DNA of 64,000 bases, taken from an uncultured Thiomicrospira sp. Lineage in GTDB: Bacteria > Pseudomonadota > Gammaproteobacteria > CAKMZV01. Shown here one piece after another: positions 8,805-18,938 of this stretch (the stretch's first letter is position 1; each line of letters begins with the position of its first letter). The position numbers and the translations under genes were made by a program. The notes below the pieces were generated by a model that made no database searches, was not told the origin of the DNA, and was given only the letters and a program-made list of their open reading frames with translations. The stretch spans positions 992,001 to 1,056,000 of the forward strand of contig OZ239628.1 of NCBI GenBank assembly GCA_965195345.1. The letters run 5' to 3'.

Positions 8805-11800
8805 TTATGCCCTTCTTCTGGAACGTAGAATCATAAACAATGCAAACAATGACAGTAACCATAATATTCCGTCTGTATTAGCATTAGTATTTAAGCTACA
8901 ACCGCCACTGCCACCATCGCTACTAGCAGGAGGAGGTGCTATAGCTGCAACAACCGTTCCTGTACTTACATGCAATAAAGGTATTCTAAGGTTGTTGCGC
9001 GTTATTGGCTCATCAATCGTTAGTGTAACCATTAGCGCTGCATCTGATAGTGGTGTCACTACAAGTATTGTGCCAGTCGTTTGAACAGATGTGCTAGCAA
9101 TTCCAGCTCCACTGATATCCCAAATGAACGTTGAAGAAGTCAATATCACACGTGATAATGTTGAAGCATTAATTGTAATCGCAACATTAGTGTTAACAGA
9201 CTGAGCCGTTCCATTTACATCACTAAACGCTAACGTATTCGTTACAGCTAATGCAGTTTGGGTTGTATAGGTACCCGAGCTCAGTCCTATGAATACTTCC
9301 TCTGTATCCAATATCCCGTCCCTATCCGTGTCCGCAGTTGTTGTACTGTGCACAGGTATGCTTGCTGCACTAAATGGATTCGTTGCCAAGCGAAGTTCTT
9401 GTATATCGTAAAATCCATCATTATCGCGGTCACTTACAGCAGTAATGGTTACGCTACTCGTCTGACTACTTAAATACATTTCAACTTCGTCAGGAATACC
9501 ATCAGCATCAGCATCTGATGAGATAACAGAAGTTATAGAAGTATTCAATAACAATTCAACAACATCGGGCCATGTATCACCATCACTATCCGATACTAAA
9601 CTCGCTGTTGTTAAACCAATCGTTTGCAATGCGAGGAATTGATGAGATGAAATAGTTGCAGTTCCTATTAATGTAATAGAACCCGATGATGTGGTTGGGT
9701 TTAAGTCTAAAACATTACCGATACCGTCTCCATCTAAATCATTAGGGATAGAGAAGCGAATGGTAACTAGTGCAGTAGATGTCAATTGGCTATCAGTAAC
9801 CGTATAAACAGCAGTACTATAAACGGCTCCGCTTCTTCTGAATAACGCATCACTCGCAGTAAATAAAACCATACTACTGCTGTTTGTGTAGATTCCTAAA
9901 TTGCTTGCACTTACTACTGATGCTACACTTAATGTATCACCATCAACATCCGTATCATTTGCTAGTACATCAATATTAAGAGTAGAGAATGCTACAGAAA
10001 CACTTTGATCAATGACATCATCATTAGCAACTGGCGCATCATTCACATTAAGTACTGGTACTGTTAATGTTGTCGTTGCTGTTAGGCTACCATCCGATGC
10101 TACGACATCAACCGTTAAAGGACTATTATTCACATCCGCTTGTACTAAAGTACGCGCAAGCGTTACTTGTCCATTCGTGCTGCTGATTGTGAAATCATTT
10201 GTTGTAGCAAGTGAATACGTTAATGTATCGCCATCAACATCAGTGAAGTAGCTCTGTACTCGTGCTGAACTACGCACTTCAGTACCCGCCATTTCATTTT
10301 GTGTACGACTTGAAGCAGTTACTGCTAATGGATTTGCAATTGGTGCATCATTCACATTAAGCACTGGTACTGTTAATGTTGTCGTTGCTGTTAGTCTACC
10401 ATCCGATGCTACGACATCAACCGTCAAGGGACTATTATTCACGTCTGCTTGTACTAAAGTACGCATAAGCGTTACTTGTCCATTTGTGCTATTGATTGTG
10501 AAAGCATTTGTGCTTGTATTGTCAAGTGAATACGTCAATGTATCGCCATCGGCATCTGTGAAATAGCTTGTTACTTGCGCTGAACCACGCACTTCCGTAC
10601 CCGCCACTTCATTTTGTGTGCGACTTGAGGCGGTTACTGCTATTGGATTTGCAACTGGTGCTATATCCACATCAAGCACTGGTACTGTTAATGTTGTCGT
10701 TGCTGTTAGGCTACCATCCGATGCTACTACATCAACCGTCAAAGGACTATTGCTCACATCCATTTGTACTAAAGTACGCATAAGTGTTACTTGTCCATTT
10801 GTGCTACTGATTGTGAAAGCATCTGTGCTTGCATTAGCAAGTGAATACGTCAATGTATCGCCATCGGCATCTGTGAAATAGCTTGTTACTTGCGCTGAAC
10901 CACGCACTTCCGTACCCGCAACTTCATTCTGTGTACGGCTTGAGGCGGTTACTGCTATTGGATTTGCAACTGGTGCATCATTCACATTAAGCACTGGTAC
11001 TGTTAATGTTGTCGTTGCTGTTAGGCTACCATCCGATGCTACGACATCAACCGTTAAAGGACTACTATTCACGTCTGCTTGTACTAAAGTACGCATAAGC
11101 GTTACTTGTCCATTTGTGCTACTGATTGTGAAAGCATTTGTGCTTGGATTAGCAAGTGAATACGTCAATGTATCGCCATCAACATCTGTGAAAAATCTTC
11201 TTGTTTGTGATGAAAAATGCACTAGAGTACCCGCCACTTCATTTTGTGTACGACTTGAAGCAGTTACTGCCGTTTGGCTCGCAACTGGTGCTTCATTCAC
11301 ATTAAGTACTGGTACTGTTAATGTTGTCGTTGCTGTGAGGCTACCATCCGATGCTACGACATCAACTGTTAAAGGACTAAAATTCACATCTGTTTGTTCT
11401 AAAGTACGCATAAGCGTTACTTGTCCATTCGTGCTGCTGATTGTGAAAGCATTTGCATTAGCAAGTGAATACGTTAATGTATCGCCATCAACATCAGTGA
11501 AGTAACTCTGCACTTGTGTTGAACTACGCACTAGAGTACCTGCTGAATCATTTTGTGTACGACTTGAAGCAGTTACTGCTACTGGATTTGCAATTGGTGC
11601 ATCATTCACATTAAGTACTGGTACTGTTAACGTTGTCGTTGCTGTTAGTCTGCCATCCGATGCTACGACATCAACCGTCAAAGGACTATTATTCACATCC
11701 GCTTGTACTAAAGTACGCATAAGCGTTACTTGTCCATTTGTGCTACTGATTGTGAAAGCATTTGTGCTTTCATTAGCAAGAGAGTACGTCAATGTATCGC

Positions 11801-14800
11801 CATCAGCATCTGTGAAATAGCTTATTACTTGCGCTGAACCACGCACTTCCGTACCTGGCACTTGATTTTGTGTACGACTTGAAGCGGTTACTGCCACTGG
11901 GTTCGCAACTGGTGCTTCATTCACATTAAGTACTGGTACTGTTAATGTTGTCGTTGCTGTTAGGGTACCATCCGATGCTACGACAGCAACCGTCAACGGA
12001 CTATTATTCACGTCTGCTTGTACTAAAGTACGCATAAGTGTTACTTGTCCATTTGTGCTATTTATTGTGAAGGCATTTGTGCTTGGATTGGCAAGTGTAT
12101 ACGTTAATGTATCGCCATCAGCATCTGTGAAATAGCTCGTTACTTGTGCTGAACCACGCACTTCAGTACCTGGCACTTGATCTTGTGTACGACTTGAAGC
12201 GGTTACTGCTATTGGATTTGCAACTGGCGCATCATTCACGTTAAGTACTCGTACTGCTAATGTTGTTGTTGCTGTTAGGCTACCATCCGATGCTACGACA
12301 TCAACCGTCAAAATACTACTATTCACATCCGCTTGCACTAAAGTACGCATAAGCGTTACTTGTCCATTCGTGCTACTGATTGTGAAAGCATTTGTGCTTT
12401 CATTAGCAAGAGAGTACGTCAATGTATCGCCATCAGCATCTGTGAAATAGCTCTGCACTTGTGCTGAACCACGCACCACCGTACCCGCCACTTCATTTTG
12501 TGTACGATCTGCAGCGGTTACTGCCACTGGGTTTGCAACTGGTCCATCATTTACATTAAGTACTGGTACTGTTAATGTTGTCGTTGCTGTTAGGCTACCA
12601 TCCGATGCTGCGACATCAACCGTCAACGGACTACTACTCACATCCGCTTGTACTAAAGTACGCATAAGTGTTACTTGTCCATTTGTGCTACTGATTGTGA
12701 AAGCATTTGTGCTTTCATTAGCAAGTGAATACGTCAATGTATCGCCATCAGCATCTGTGAAATAGCTTTGCACTTGCGCTGAACCACGTACTTCAGTACC
12801 TGCCACTTCATTCTGTGTACGACTTGAAGCGGTTACTGCCACTGGGTTTGCAACTGGTGGATTATCAACGTTAAGCACTGGTACTGTTAATGTTGTTGTT
12901 GCTGTTAGGCTACCATCCGATGCTACGACATCAACTGTTAAAGGACTACTATTCACGTCTGCTTGTACTAAAGTACGCATAAGCGTTACTTGTCCATTCG
13001 TACTATTGATTGCAAAAGCATTTGTGCTTGGATTAGCAAGTGAATACGTCAATGTATCGCCATCAATATCTGTGAAGTAGCTTATTACTTGTGCTGAACC
13101 ACGCACTTCCGTACCCGCCACTTGATTTTCTGTACGACTTGAAGCAGTTACTGCAACTGGATTTGCAACTGGTGCATCATTTACATTAAGCACTGGTACT
13201 GTTAACGTTGTCGTTGCTGTTAGGCTACCATCCGATGCTACGACATCAACCGTCAAAGGACTACTATTCACGTCTGCTTGTACTAAAGTACGCATAAGCG
13301 TTACTTGTCCATTCGTGCTACTGATTGTGAAAGCATTTGTGCTTGGATTGGCAAGTGAATAGGTCAATGTATCGCCATCAGCATCTGTGAAGTAGCTCTG
13401 CACTTGCGCTGAACCACGCACTTCCGTACCTGTCACTTGATTTTGTGTACGACTTGAAGCGGTTACTGCTATAGGGCTTGCAACTGGTGCATTATCAACG
13501 TTAAGCACTGGTACTGTTAATGTTGTTGTTGCTGTTAGGCTACCATCCGATGCCACGACATCAACCGTTAAAGGACTACTATTCACGTCTGCTTGTACTA
13601 AAGTACGCATAAGCGTTACTTGTCCATTTGTGCTACTGATTGTGAAAGCATTTGTGCTTGGATTAGCAAGTGAATACGTCAATGTATCGCCATCGACATC
13701 TGTGAAGTAGCTTATTACTTGTGCTGAACCACGCACCTCAGTACCCGCCACTTGATTTTCTGTGCGACTTGAAGCAGTTACTGCTACTGGATTTGCAACT
13801 GGTGCATCATTTACATTAAGCACTGGTACTGTTAATGTTGTCGTTGCTGTTAGGCTACCATCCGATGCTACGACATCAACCGTCAACGGACTACTACTCA
13901 CATCCGCTTGTACTAAAGTACGCATAAGCGTTACTTGTCCATTTGTGCTACTGATTGCAAAAGCATTTGTGCTTGGATTAGCAAGTGAATACGTCAATGT
14001 ATCGCCATCTGCATCTGTGAAATAGCTTTGCACTCGCGTTGAATCACGCACTAAAGTACCTGTTGAATCATTTTGTGTACGGCTTGAAGCAGTTACTGCT
14101 ATTGGGTTTGCAACTGGAGCATCATTTACATTAAGCACTGGTACTGTTAATGTTGTCGTTGCTGTTAGGCTACCATCCGATGCTACGACATCAACCGTCA
14201 ACGGACTACTACTCACATCCGCTTGTACTAAAGTACGCATAAGCGTTACTTGTCCATTTGTACTATTGATTGCAAAAGCATTTGTACTTGCATTAGCAAG
14301 TGAATACGTTAATGTGTCGCCATCTGCATCTGTGAAATAGCTTTGCACTCGCGTTGAATCACGCACTAAAGTACCTGTTGAATCATTTTGTGTACGACTT
14401 GAAGCAGTTACTGCTATTGGGTTCGCAACTGGTGCTTCATTCACATTAAGCACTGGTACTGTTAATGTTGTCGTTGCTGTTAAGCTACCATCCGATGCTA
14501 CGACATCAACCGTTAAAGGACTATTGCTCACATCCGCTTGTACTAAAGTACGCATAAGCGTTACTTGTCCATTTGTGCTACTGATTGTGAAAGCATCTGT
14601 GCTTGCATTGGCAAGTGAATACGTTAATGTATCGCCATCAGCATCTGTGAAATAGCTTTGCACTCGCGTTGAATCACGCACTAAAGTACCTGTTGAATCA
14701 TTTTGTGTGCGGCTTGAAGCAGTTACTGCTATTGGGTTTGCAACTGGAGCATCATTTACATTAAGCACTGGTACTGTTAATGTTGTCGTTGCTGTGAGGC

Positions 14801-17351
14801 TACCATCCGATGCTACGACATCAACCGTCAACGGACTACTACTCACATCCGCTTGTACTAAAGTACGCATAAGCGTTACTTGTCCATTTGTGCTACTGAT
14901 TGTGAAAGCATCTGTGCTTGCATTGGCAAGTGAATACGTTAATGTATCGCCATCTGCATCTGTGAAATAGCTTTGCACTCGCGTTGAATCACGCACTAAA
15001 GTACCTGTTGAATCATTTTGTGTACGACTTGAAGCAGTTACTGCTATTGGGTTTGCAACTGGAGCATCATTTACATTAAGCACTGGTACTGTTAATGTTG
15101 TCGTTGCTGTTAAGCTACCATCCGATGCTACGACATCAACCGTCAACGGACTACTACTCACATCCGCTTGTACTAAAGTACGCATAAGCGTTACTTGTCC
15201 ATTTGTGCTACTGATTGCAAAAGCATTTGTGCTTGCATTGGCAAGTGAATACGTTAATGTATCGCCATCTGCATCTGTGAAATAGCTTTGCACTCGCGTT
15301 GAATCACGCACTAAAGTACCTCTTGAATCATTTTGTGTACGACTTGAAGCAGTTACTGCTATTGGGTTTGCAACTGGAGCATCATTTACATTAAGCACTG
15401 GTACTGTTAATGTTGTCGTTGCTGTTAAGCTACCATCCGATGCTACGACATCAACCGTCAACGGACTACTACTCACATCCGCTTGTACTAAAGTACGCAT
15501 AAGCGTTACTTGTCCATTTGTGCTACTGATTGCAAAAGCATTTGTGCTTGCATTGGCAAGTGAATACGTTAATGTATCGCCATCTGCATCTGTGAAATAG
15601 CTTTGCACTCGCGTTGAATCACGCACTAAAGTACCTGTTGAATCATTTTGTGTACGACTTGAAGCAGTTACTGCTATTGGGTTCGCAACTGGTGCTTCAT
15701 TCACATTAAGCACTGGTACTGTTAATGTTGTCGTTGCTGTTAAGCTACCATCCGATGCTACGACATCAACCGTTAAAGGACTATTGCTCACATCCGCTTG
15801 TACTAAAGTACGCATAAGCGTTACTTGTCCATTTGTGCTACTGATTGTGAAAGCATCTGTGCTTGCATTGGCAAGTGAATACGTTAATGTATCGCCATCT
15901 GCATCTGTGAAATAGCTTTGTACTCGCGTTGCATCACGTACTAAAGTACCTGTTGAATCATTTTGTGTGCGGCTTGAAGCAGTTACTGCTATTGGGTTTG
16001 CAACTGGAGCATCATTTACATTAAGCACTGGTACTGTTAATGTTGTCGTTGCTGTTAGGCTACCATCCGATGCTAAGACATCAACCGTCAACGGACTACT
16101 ACTCACATCCGCTTGTCCTAAAGTACGCGCAAGTGTTACTTGTCCATTTGTGCTGCTAATTGTGAAGGCACTCGTGCTGGTAGCAAGTGAATACGTTAAT
16201 GTATCGCCATCTGCATCTGTGAAATAGCTTTGCACTCGCGTTGAATCACGCACTAAAGTACCTGTTGAATCATTTTGTGTACGACTTGAAGCAGTTACCG
16301 CCGTTGGGCTCGCAACTGGTGCATCATTCACATTAAGTACTGGTACTGTTAATGTTACCACTGCTATTTCGGCATCATCATCCGTTGCTACGACATCAAC
16401 CGTCAAAGGACTATTGTTCACATCCGCTTGTACTAAAGTACGCGCAAGTGTTATTTGTCCATTTGTGCTGCTGATTGTGAAATCAGTTGTTATAGAAAGT
16501 GAATACGTTAATGTATCGCCATCAACATCTGTGAAATAGCTTTGCACTCGCGTTGAATCACGCACTAAAGTACCTGTTGAATCATTTTGTGTACGACTTG
16601 AAGCAGTTACCGCCGTTGGGCTCGCAACTGGTGCATCATTCACATTAAGCACTGGTACTGTTAATGTTGTCGTTGCTGTTAGGCTACCATCCGATGCTAC
16701 GACATCAACCGTTAAAGGACTATCATTCACATCCGCTTGTCCTAAAGTACGCGCAAGTGTTACTTGTCCATTTGTGCTGCTAATTGTGAAGGCACTCGTG
16801 CTGGTAGCAAGTGAATACGTTAATGTATCGCCATCAATATCTGTGAAATAGCTTTGCACTCGCGTTGAATCACGCACTACAGTACCTGTTGAATCATTTT
16901 GTGTACGACTTGAAGCAGTTACCGCCGTTGGGCTCGCAACTGGTGTATCATTCACATTAAGCACGATAACTACAAAACTCACAGTGCTGGCTCTAGTTTG
17001 ATCAGTCACTGGTGCCGCCTCGTCAGTAGCAACAACCTGACCTGTTAAAGGACTGTTATTCACATCCGTTTGGACTAGAGTACGCGTAAGGGTTATTCGT
17101 CCATTTGTGCTACTGATTGTGAAGGGACTCGTGCTAGTAGCAAGTGAATACGTTAATGGATCGCCATCGGCATCTGTGAAAGCTGCTCGTACAGTTGCAC
17201 TGCTGATTACTTCAGTGTCTGTGGTGTCATTTTGCGTAAGAGTGCTCGTATCAAACGATACTATGTTAGTTGATACTCCTCCTGCCATTGCCGTCAACGG
17301 AATTGTAAAGAAAGAAAGAAAGAACATCACCAAAAAAATCACTCTATTCAT
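8805..17351 (-). CDS. Giant surface adhesin: signal peptide, 23 cadherin-like repeats, one Ig-like domain, DxDxDG Ca-binding region, C-terminal sorting tail
   Basis: N-terminal signal peptide; repeats with FTDxDGDTLTYSL and V.NVNDAP; DLDGDG/DSDGDT/DADADG/DRDNDG/DTDRDG motifs; C-terminus GGSGGCSL...D.ILWLLSLFALFMILRSRRRA. Confidence 0.9.
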   Translation of the reverse strand: MNRVIFLVMFFLSFFTIPLTAMAGGVSTNIVSFDTSTLTQNDTTDTEVISSATVRAAFTDADGDPLTYSLATSTSPFTISSTNGRITLTRTLVQTDVNNSPLTGQVVATDEAAPVTDQTRASTVSFVVIVLNVNDTPVASPTAVTASSRTQNDSTGTVVRDSTRVQSYFTDIDGDTLTYSLATSTSAFTISSTNGQVTLARTLGQADVNDSPLTVDVVASDGSLTATTTLTVPVLNVNDAPVASPTAVTASSRTQNDSTGTLVRDSTRVQSYFTDVDGDTLTYSLSITTDFTISSTNGQITLARTLVQADVNNSPLTVDVVATDDDAEIAVVTLTVPVLNVNDAPVASPTAVTASSRTQNDSTGTLVRDSTRVQSYFTDADGDTLTYSLATSTSAFTISSTNGQVTLARTLGQADVSSSPLTVDVLASDGSLTATTTLTVPVLNVNDAPVANPIAVTASSRTQNDSTGTLVRDATRVQSYFTDADGDTLTYSLANASTDAFTISSTNGQVTLMRTLVQADVSNSPLTVDVVASDGSLTATTTLTVPVLNVNEAPVANPIAVTASSRTQNDSTGTLVRDSTRVQSYFTDADGDTLTYSLANASTNAFAISSTNGQVTLMRTLVQADVSSSPLTVDVVASDGSLTATTTLTVPVLNVNDAPVANPIAVTASSRTQNDSRGTLVRDSTRVQSYFTDADGDTLTYSLANASTNAFAISSTNGQVTLMRTLVQADVSSSPLTVDVVASDGSLTATTTLTVPVLNVNDAPVANPIAVTASSRTQNDSTGTLVRDSTRVQSYFTDADGDTLTYSLANASTDAFTISSTNGQVTLMRTLVQADVSSSPLTVDVVASDGSLTATTTLTVPVLNVNDAPVANPIAVTASSRTQNDSTGTLVRDSTRVQSYFTDADGDTLTYSLANASTDAFTISSTNGQVTLMRTLVQADVSNSPLTVDVVASDGSLTATTTLTVPVLNVNEAPVANPIAVTASSRTQNDSTGTLVRDSTRVQSYFTDADGDTLTYSLANASTNAFAINSTNGQVTLMRTLVQADVSSSPLTVDVVASDGSLTATTTLTVPVLNVNDAPVANPIAVTASSRTQNDSTGTLVRDSTRVQSYFTDADGDTLTYSLANPSTNAFAISSTNGQVTLMRTLVQADVSSSPLTVDVVASDGSLTATTTLTVPVLNVNDAPVANPVAVTASSRTENQVAGTEVRGSAQVISYFTDVDGDTLTYSLANPSTNAFTISSTNGQVTLMRTLVQADVNSSPLTVDVVASDGSLTATTTLTVPVLNVDNAPVASPIAVTASSRTQNQVTGTEVRGSAQVQSYFTDADGDTLTYSLANPSTNAFTISSTNGQVTLMRTLVQADVNSSPLTVDVVASDGSLTATTTLTVPVLNVNDAPVANPVAVTASSRTENQVAGTEVRGSAQVISYFTDIDGDTLTYSLANPSTNAFAINSTNGQVTLMRTLVQADVNSSPLTVDVVASDGSLTATTTLTVPVLNVDNPPVANPVAVTASSRTQNEVAGTEVRGSAQVQSYFTDADGDTLTYSLANESTNAFTISSTNGQVTLMRTLVQADVSSSPLTVDVAASDGSLTATTTLTVPVLNVNDGPVANPVAVTAADRTQNEVAGTVVRGSAQVQSYFTDADGDTLTYSLANESTNAFTISSTNGQVTLMRTLVQADVNSSILTVDVVASDGSLTATTTLAVRVLNVNDAPVANPIAVTASSRTQDQVPGTEVRGSAQVTSYFTDADGDTLTYTLANPSTNAFTINSTNGQVTLMRTLVQADVNNSPLTVAVVASDGTLTATTTLTVPVLNVNEAPVANPVAVTASSRTQNQVPGTEVRGSAQVISYFTDADGDTLTYSLANESTNAFTISSTNGQVTLMRTLVQADVNNSPLTVDVVASDGRLTATTTLTVPVLNVNDAPIANPVAVTASSRTQNDSAGTLVRSSTQVQSYFTDVDGDTLTYSLANANAFTISSTNGQVTLMRTLEQTDVNFSPLTVDVVASDGSLTATTTLTVPVLNVNEAPVASQTAVTASSRTQNEVAGTLVHFSSQTRRFFTDVDGDTLTYSLANPSTNAFTISSTNGQVTLMRTLVQADVNSSPLTVDVVASDGSLTATTTLTVPVLNVNDAPVANPIAVTASSRTQNEVAGTEVRGSAQVTSYFTDADGDTLTYSLANASTDAFTISSTNGQVTLMRTLVQMDVSNSPLTVDVVASDGSLTATTTLTVPVLDVDIAPVANPIAVTASSRTQNEVAGTEVRGSAQVTSYFTDADGDTLTYSLDNTSTNAFTINSTNGQVTLMRTLVQADVNNSPLTVDVVASDGRLTATTTLTVPVLNVNDAPIANPLAVTASSRTQNEMAGTEVRSSARVQSYFTDVDGDTLTYSLATTNDFTISSTNGQVTLARTLVQADVNNSPLTVDVVASDGSLTATTTLTVPVLNVNDAPVANDDVIDQSVSVAFSTLNIDVLANDTDVDGDTLSVASVVSASNLGIYTNSSSMVLFTASDALFRRSGAVYSTAVYTVTDSQLTSTALVTIRFSIPNDLDGDGIGNVLDLNPTTSSGSITLIGTATISSHQFLALQTIGLTTASLVSDSDGDTWPDVVELLLNTSITSVISSDADADGIPDEVEMYLSSQTSSVTITAVSDRDNDGFYDIQELRLATNPFSAASIPVHSTTTADTDRDGILDTEEVFIGLSSGTYTTQTALAVTNTLAFSDVNGTAQSVNTNVAITINASTLSRVILTSSTFIWDISGAGIASTSVQTTGTILVVTPLSDAALMVTLTIDEPITRNNLRIPLLHVSTGTVVAAIAPPPASSDGGSGGCSLNTNANTDGILWLLSLFALFMILRSRRRA
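10040..17250 (-). repeat. Tandem ~315-bp (105-aa) coding repeat array, about 23 units
   Basis: Near-identical units recurring at ~315-nt period (e.g. ctaccatccgatgctacgacatcaacc); 23 DxDGD(T/P)LTY motifs counted; boundaries approximate. Confidence 0.9.
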
Positions 17352-17728
17352 GCTACCAACCTCAATTTTAAAATGTTTTATATTCGTACTCGCATAAGAA
17401 ATTCTTAATGCTCATTTAACGAAAGTACCTATCGGAATGTAGATTCCAAAAATATTACGCTCGGGCTGTATAGTACCACACTTTTTCAGCTCATGTTTTA
17501 TTTCATCTTATTTTTCGGTGCATGAGGCGAGTGCGTACAGGCATTAGCAATCGCCTATTCGACGTAATCATTTCAAGTTTAATGTTTAAACTAAGAGCAT
17601 TCTCCCACTTTTTAGTGCAACGCTTGAATTTGCCCATTTACTTTTAGTGAGTGCTTTCAAAGTTGAAAAAGGACAGTGCTTTATTGTTGGACTATGCTCT
17701 TTTTTGAATTCAGTAAACGCGTACAGAC

Positions 17729-18934
17729 TCATTTGTTTTGAGGTCCAATGAGTACTGCCATGTACTTTTGAACTAAATCTTTTTGTTTTTCTATATGTTT
17801 TAATGCTTGTTCTTGCATTTTTTTACGCAATGCATCATTTTTTAACAAATGCAAGACTTTCTCTATTGCTTCGCAATAATCTGCACATTGAATGAGAGCA
17901 TTCTCTTCTACTAATGACCGAGCCTCGTCTATAAAATTGCTCATATGATTGCCACTGATGATAGCAGCTCCGCATGATGCGGGTTCTAATACATTATGCC
18001 CTCCCTTAGCAACAAATGAACCGCCCATGATAACAACCTCTGCATTTTGGAATAGAGGGGGTAAGAGACCTAATTTATTAATAATGTGCACGTTCGTATG
18101 TGAATCAACATGTACTCCCTGACTGATAGAGCAAGTCAGATTTAGCGCCTGCAAGTCTTTAATAATGGCTGCAGTACGTTCTGGATGACGTGGCGCAATA
18201 ATTAATTGCTCAGCGCGATTGCTACATAGCCATTTTTTGGCAAACTGGACTTCTTCATCCGCGTGGCTTGACGCAAGTAAAATAAAAGGACGATTTGAAG
18301 AGATTGAGTGCTTTTTCTGTTGAATATTTGAGTATTTTAAGTTGCCTAAAGCCTGACATTTATGTGCTTCTACTCCTAATTTTTGAAATTCAGTTAGATT
18401 GTTAAAATCTTTTGTCAACACTTTCTCTACCAATTTTAGACTTTGCCGATAATAGTCTTTTATCCAGTTAGGTGCTAACAATATCTTATTAGTAATTCGT
18501 GCATTGATGATCGTAATTGGAATTTTCTGATTCGCACATTGTTTAAAAAGCTGTGGCCAAATCTCTGTTTCAACGACCCATAAAAGGGAAGGGTTAGCTG
18601 CTTTGAGAAACCGCTTTATTGAACTAACCCAGTCAAAGGGCAAAGCACACACGGTAACATTGTTTGGTAAATTTTGAGCTACCTGATAACCAGAGGTCGT
18701 TCCTACAGTCAATATTACAGGCTTTTGTAAAAGTTTAATCAATCCTGTTACAGCATTGACCTCTCCAACAGAGGCGCAGTGAATCCAATATGTATTTTGA
18801 GGAAATAGGGGATAGCTGTAGCCCAGCCTTTGTAAAATGAACTTTAGCGATAGTCCACGCTTCCAATTTTCTTTAATGATTAAGATAACGAGAATAGGGC
18901 TGACAATGATTAGTAAAAGGCGATAAATTCCCAT
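17729..18934 (-). CDS. waaA: Kdo transferase
   Basis: WIHCASVGE, ETEIWP, GNLKY, APRHPER, GGHNVLEPA; likely start ATG 18934 (ORF-track start 19012 overlaps kdsB). Confidence 0.9.
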   Translation of the reverse strand: MGIYRLLLIIVSPILVILIIKENWKRGLSLKFILQRLGYSYPLFPQNTYWIHCASVGEVNAVTGLIKLLQKPVILTVGTTSGYQVAQNLPNNVTVCALPFDWVSSIKRFLKAANPSLLWVVETEIWPQLFKQCANQKIPITIINARITNKILLAPNWIKDYYRQSLKLVEKVLTKDFNNLTEFQKLGVEAHKCQALGNLKYSNIQQKKHSISSNRPFILLASSHADEEVQFAKKWLCSNRAEQLIIAPRHPERTAAIIKDLQALNLTCSISQGVHVDSHTNVHIINKLGLLPPLFQNAEVVIMGGSFVAKGGHNVLEPASCGAAIISGNHMSNFIDEARSLVEENALIQCADYCEAIEKVLHLLKNDALRKKMQEQALKHIEKQKDLVQKYMAVLIGPQNK

Positions 18935-18938
18935 TAAT

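Noticed and set aside
10040-17250. Possible CRISPR or non-coding repeat array
   Set aside because: Units are ~315 bp, in frame, lack unique spacers, and no cas genes are present
9258-17397. Recurring + strand ORFs (e.g. MRLEAVTAIGF...) inside the adhesin
   Set aside because: Antisense shadows of the coding repeat; they recur only because the repeat recurs
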